From a virus (Duplodnaviria > Heunggongvirae > Uroviricota > Caudoviricetes): a stretch of 64,000 nucleotides of DNA. The position numbers and the translations under genes are program-made. The notes below the pieces were generated by a model. That model saw nothing but the letters and a program-made list of their open reading frames with translations, searched no databases and was not told the origin of the DNA. Positions within the stretch are counted from its first letter, which is position 1; each line of letters starts with the position of its first letter. Of the stretch, positions 62,978 to 64,000 are shown in pieces. Location: the IMG/VR virus record IMGVR_UViG_3300031555_002904; one strand, 5' to 3'.

Positions 62978-63106
62978 AAGGCATAAACAGCAATTTATTG
63001 ATTAAGCCTGCCAAGCCGGAAGTCGTAGGTTCGAATCCTACCGCCCCTGCCATATAGGGGTCGTAGCTCAGATGGTAGAGCGCCGTTAAATATCAAATTG
63101 TGCCTT
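62978..63106 (+). tRNA. Circularly permuted tRNA-Gly(GCC)-like gene within an ACAGCAA element
   Basis: 3' half 63006-63052 (with CCA) precedes 5' half 63056-63085; join gives CCGGC-CTGCCAA-GCCGG. Confidence 0.7.
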
Positions 63107-63115
63107 GTGGAATAT

Positions 63116-63190
63116 TCCGGTGTCGTTCAATGGCTAGGACGGCGGGCTCTAACCCCGCATATCTCTGTTCGAGTCAGAGCGCCGGTGCCA
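63116..63190 (+). tRNA. Amber suppressor tRNA (CTA), probably Gln
   Basis: GCGGG-CTCTAAC-CCCGC; mismatched 1:72, G73, CCA. Confidence 0.88.
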
Positions 63191-63265
63191 TGGGGGTTAG
63201 CGTAGCGGTAGCGCGGCGGTCTCTAAAACCGTTGTGGCTGGGTTCGAATCCCAGGCCCCCCGCCA
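63191..63265 (+). tRNA. Amber suppressor tRNA (CTA), probably Gln
   Basis: GCGGT-CTCTAAA-ACCGT; TGGGGGT acceptor as in the two tRNA-Gln genes; G73. Confidence 0.9.
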
Positions 63266-63324
63266 TTGTGCGGAAAGTTGATTTTTATAAAAAAATATGA
63301 TATAATATATATAGAAGATAAAGA

Positions 63325-63400
63325 AAGGCTCATACAGCAAATTTCACTTTTTCTAACCGACATAAAATTGGTAATGCTTGAGAGAAAAAAAATGAGCCTT
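63325..63400 (+). ncRNA. ACAGCAA element (short)
   Basis: AAGGCTCA/TGAGCCTT stem after a promoter. Confidence 0.6.
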
Positions 63401-63408
63401 GTAAATCT

Positions 63409-63495
63409 GCCGGCGTGGTGGAATAGGTAGACACCAGGGACTTAAAATCCCTTGGGCCTGTGCCCGTACCGGTTCGAGTCCGGTCGCCGGCACCA
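63409..63495 (+). tRNA. tRNA-Leu(TAA)
   Basis: Class II, CCA. Confidence 0.92.
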
Positions 63496-63572
63496 CTTAT
63501 CTTTATTGAAAGGATGTGTTTCCAATGTGGAGGTTGAGTGTCTTCTAACTACCGTAAAGGAGGTTAGAAGTA

Positions 63573-63869
63573 ATGAGTAGATCATTCAAACACACCCCTC
63601 GCTCGGGTGATACAAAAGACAAATTCTTTAAAAGATATGCTAATCGCAAAGTGCGCCGTCTTCCCATCGACGAGCATCCTAAAGGTAATACATACAAAAA
63701 GGTGTTTTGCCAATATGATATTTGCGACTATGAAACAGTCGGCACTTCTTTCGAGCAATATTGGGAGAGTCTCGTCAAAAGATGGTACGAGTGGGATTGG
63801 AGATATTCCGAATTTCCCGATCGCGAAGAAGCATATCAAGAATATCGTCGTTGGTTCATTAGAAAATGA
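63573..63869 (+). CDS. Phage hypothetical protein
   Basis: MSRSFKHTP...KRYANRKVRR...YKK....DICDY; AGGAGG RBS. Confidence 0.75.
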   Translation: MSRSFKHTPRSGDTKDKFFKRYANRKVRRLPIDEHPKGNTYKKVFCQYDICDYETVGTSFEQYWESLVKRWYEWDWRYSEFPDREEAYQEYRRWFIRK

Positions 63870-64000
63870 GTTGATTTTTCAAAAATTTTTTGGTATAATA
63901 ATAGTACAGGAAATAAAGAAAAAATCTTCTCCCCTTTCTTTAAAGTTCCTATCTTCTCGGGGGCATTCCTCGGAGTGCCCCATTCTTTGCGGGTGTAGTA

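Noticed and set aside
63989-64000. Start of a further tRNA (GCGGGTGTAGTA)
   Set aside because: Truncated by the window edge; cannot be confirmed

Overview
A 64-kb piece of a large tailed phage, probably infecting gut Bacillota/Clostridia (sigmaA promoters with extended -10, strong GGAGG RBSs). The phage reads TAG as Gln (genetic code 15). 1-8.3 kb (- strand) is a head/packaging operon: structural protein, prohead protease/scaffold, portal, nuclease, TerL, putative TerS and an HTH regulator, most of them interrupted by in-frame TAGs. 10.7-26 kb (+) is an early or host-takeover-like block of small genes, nearly each with its own TTGACA/TGnTATAAT promoter. It also holds GC hairpins, antisense promoters, promoter-only sRNA arrays and a mini tmRNA-like RNA. 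27.9-28.9 kb (-) is a TAG-containing RHH / small protein / Rep-like operon with iteron-like repeats. 29-47 kb is small hypothetical genes driven by a repeated TTGATTTTTATAAAAAAATATGATATAAT promoter. 46.7-64 kb is an RNA-gene island with over 30 tRNAs (two amber suppressors, three unusual A34 tRNAs), a ~610-nt ROOL/GOLLD-like RNA, a 23S rRNA L11-stalk mimic and many tRNA mimics. The best candidate for a new system is a family of 12 'stem-ACAGCAA' RNA elements. One copy sits as an intron-like insert in tRNA-Tyr, and two enclose circularly permuted tRNA-His and tRNA-Gly genes split at the same anticodon-stem position (29/30), an apparent natural permuted intron-exon arrangement. All calls were read by eye; no searches were run.
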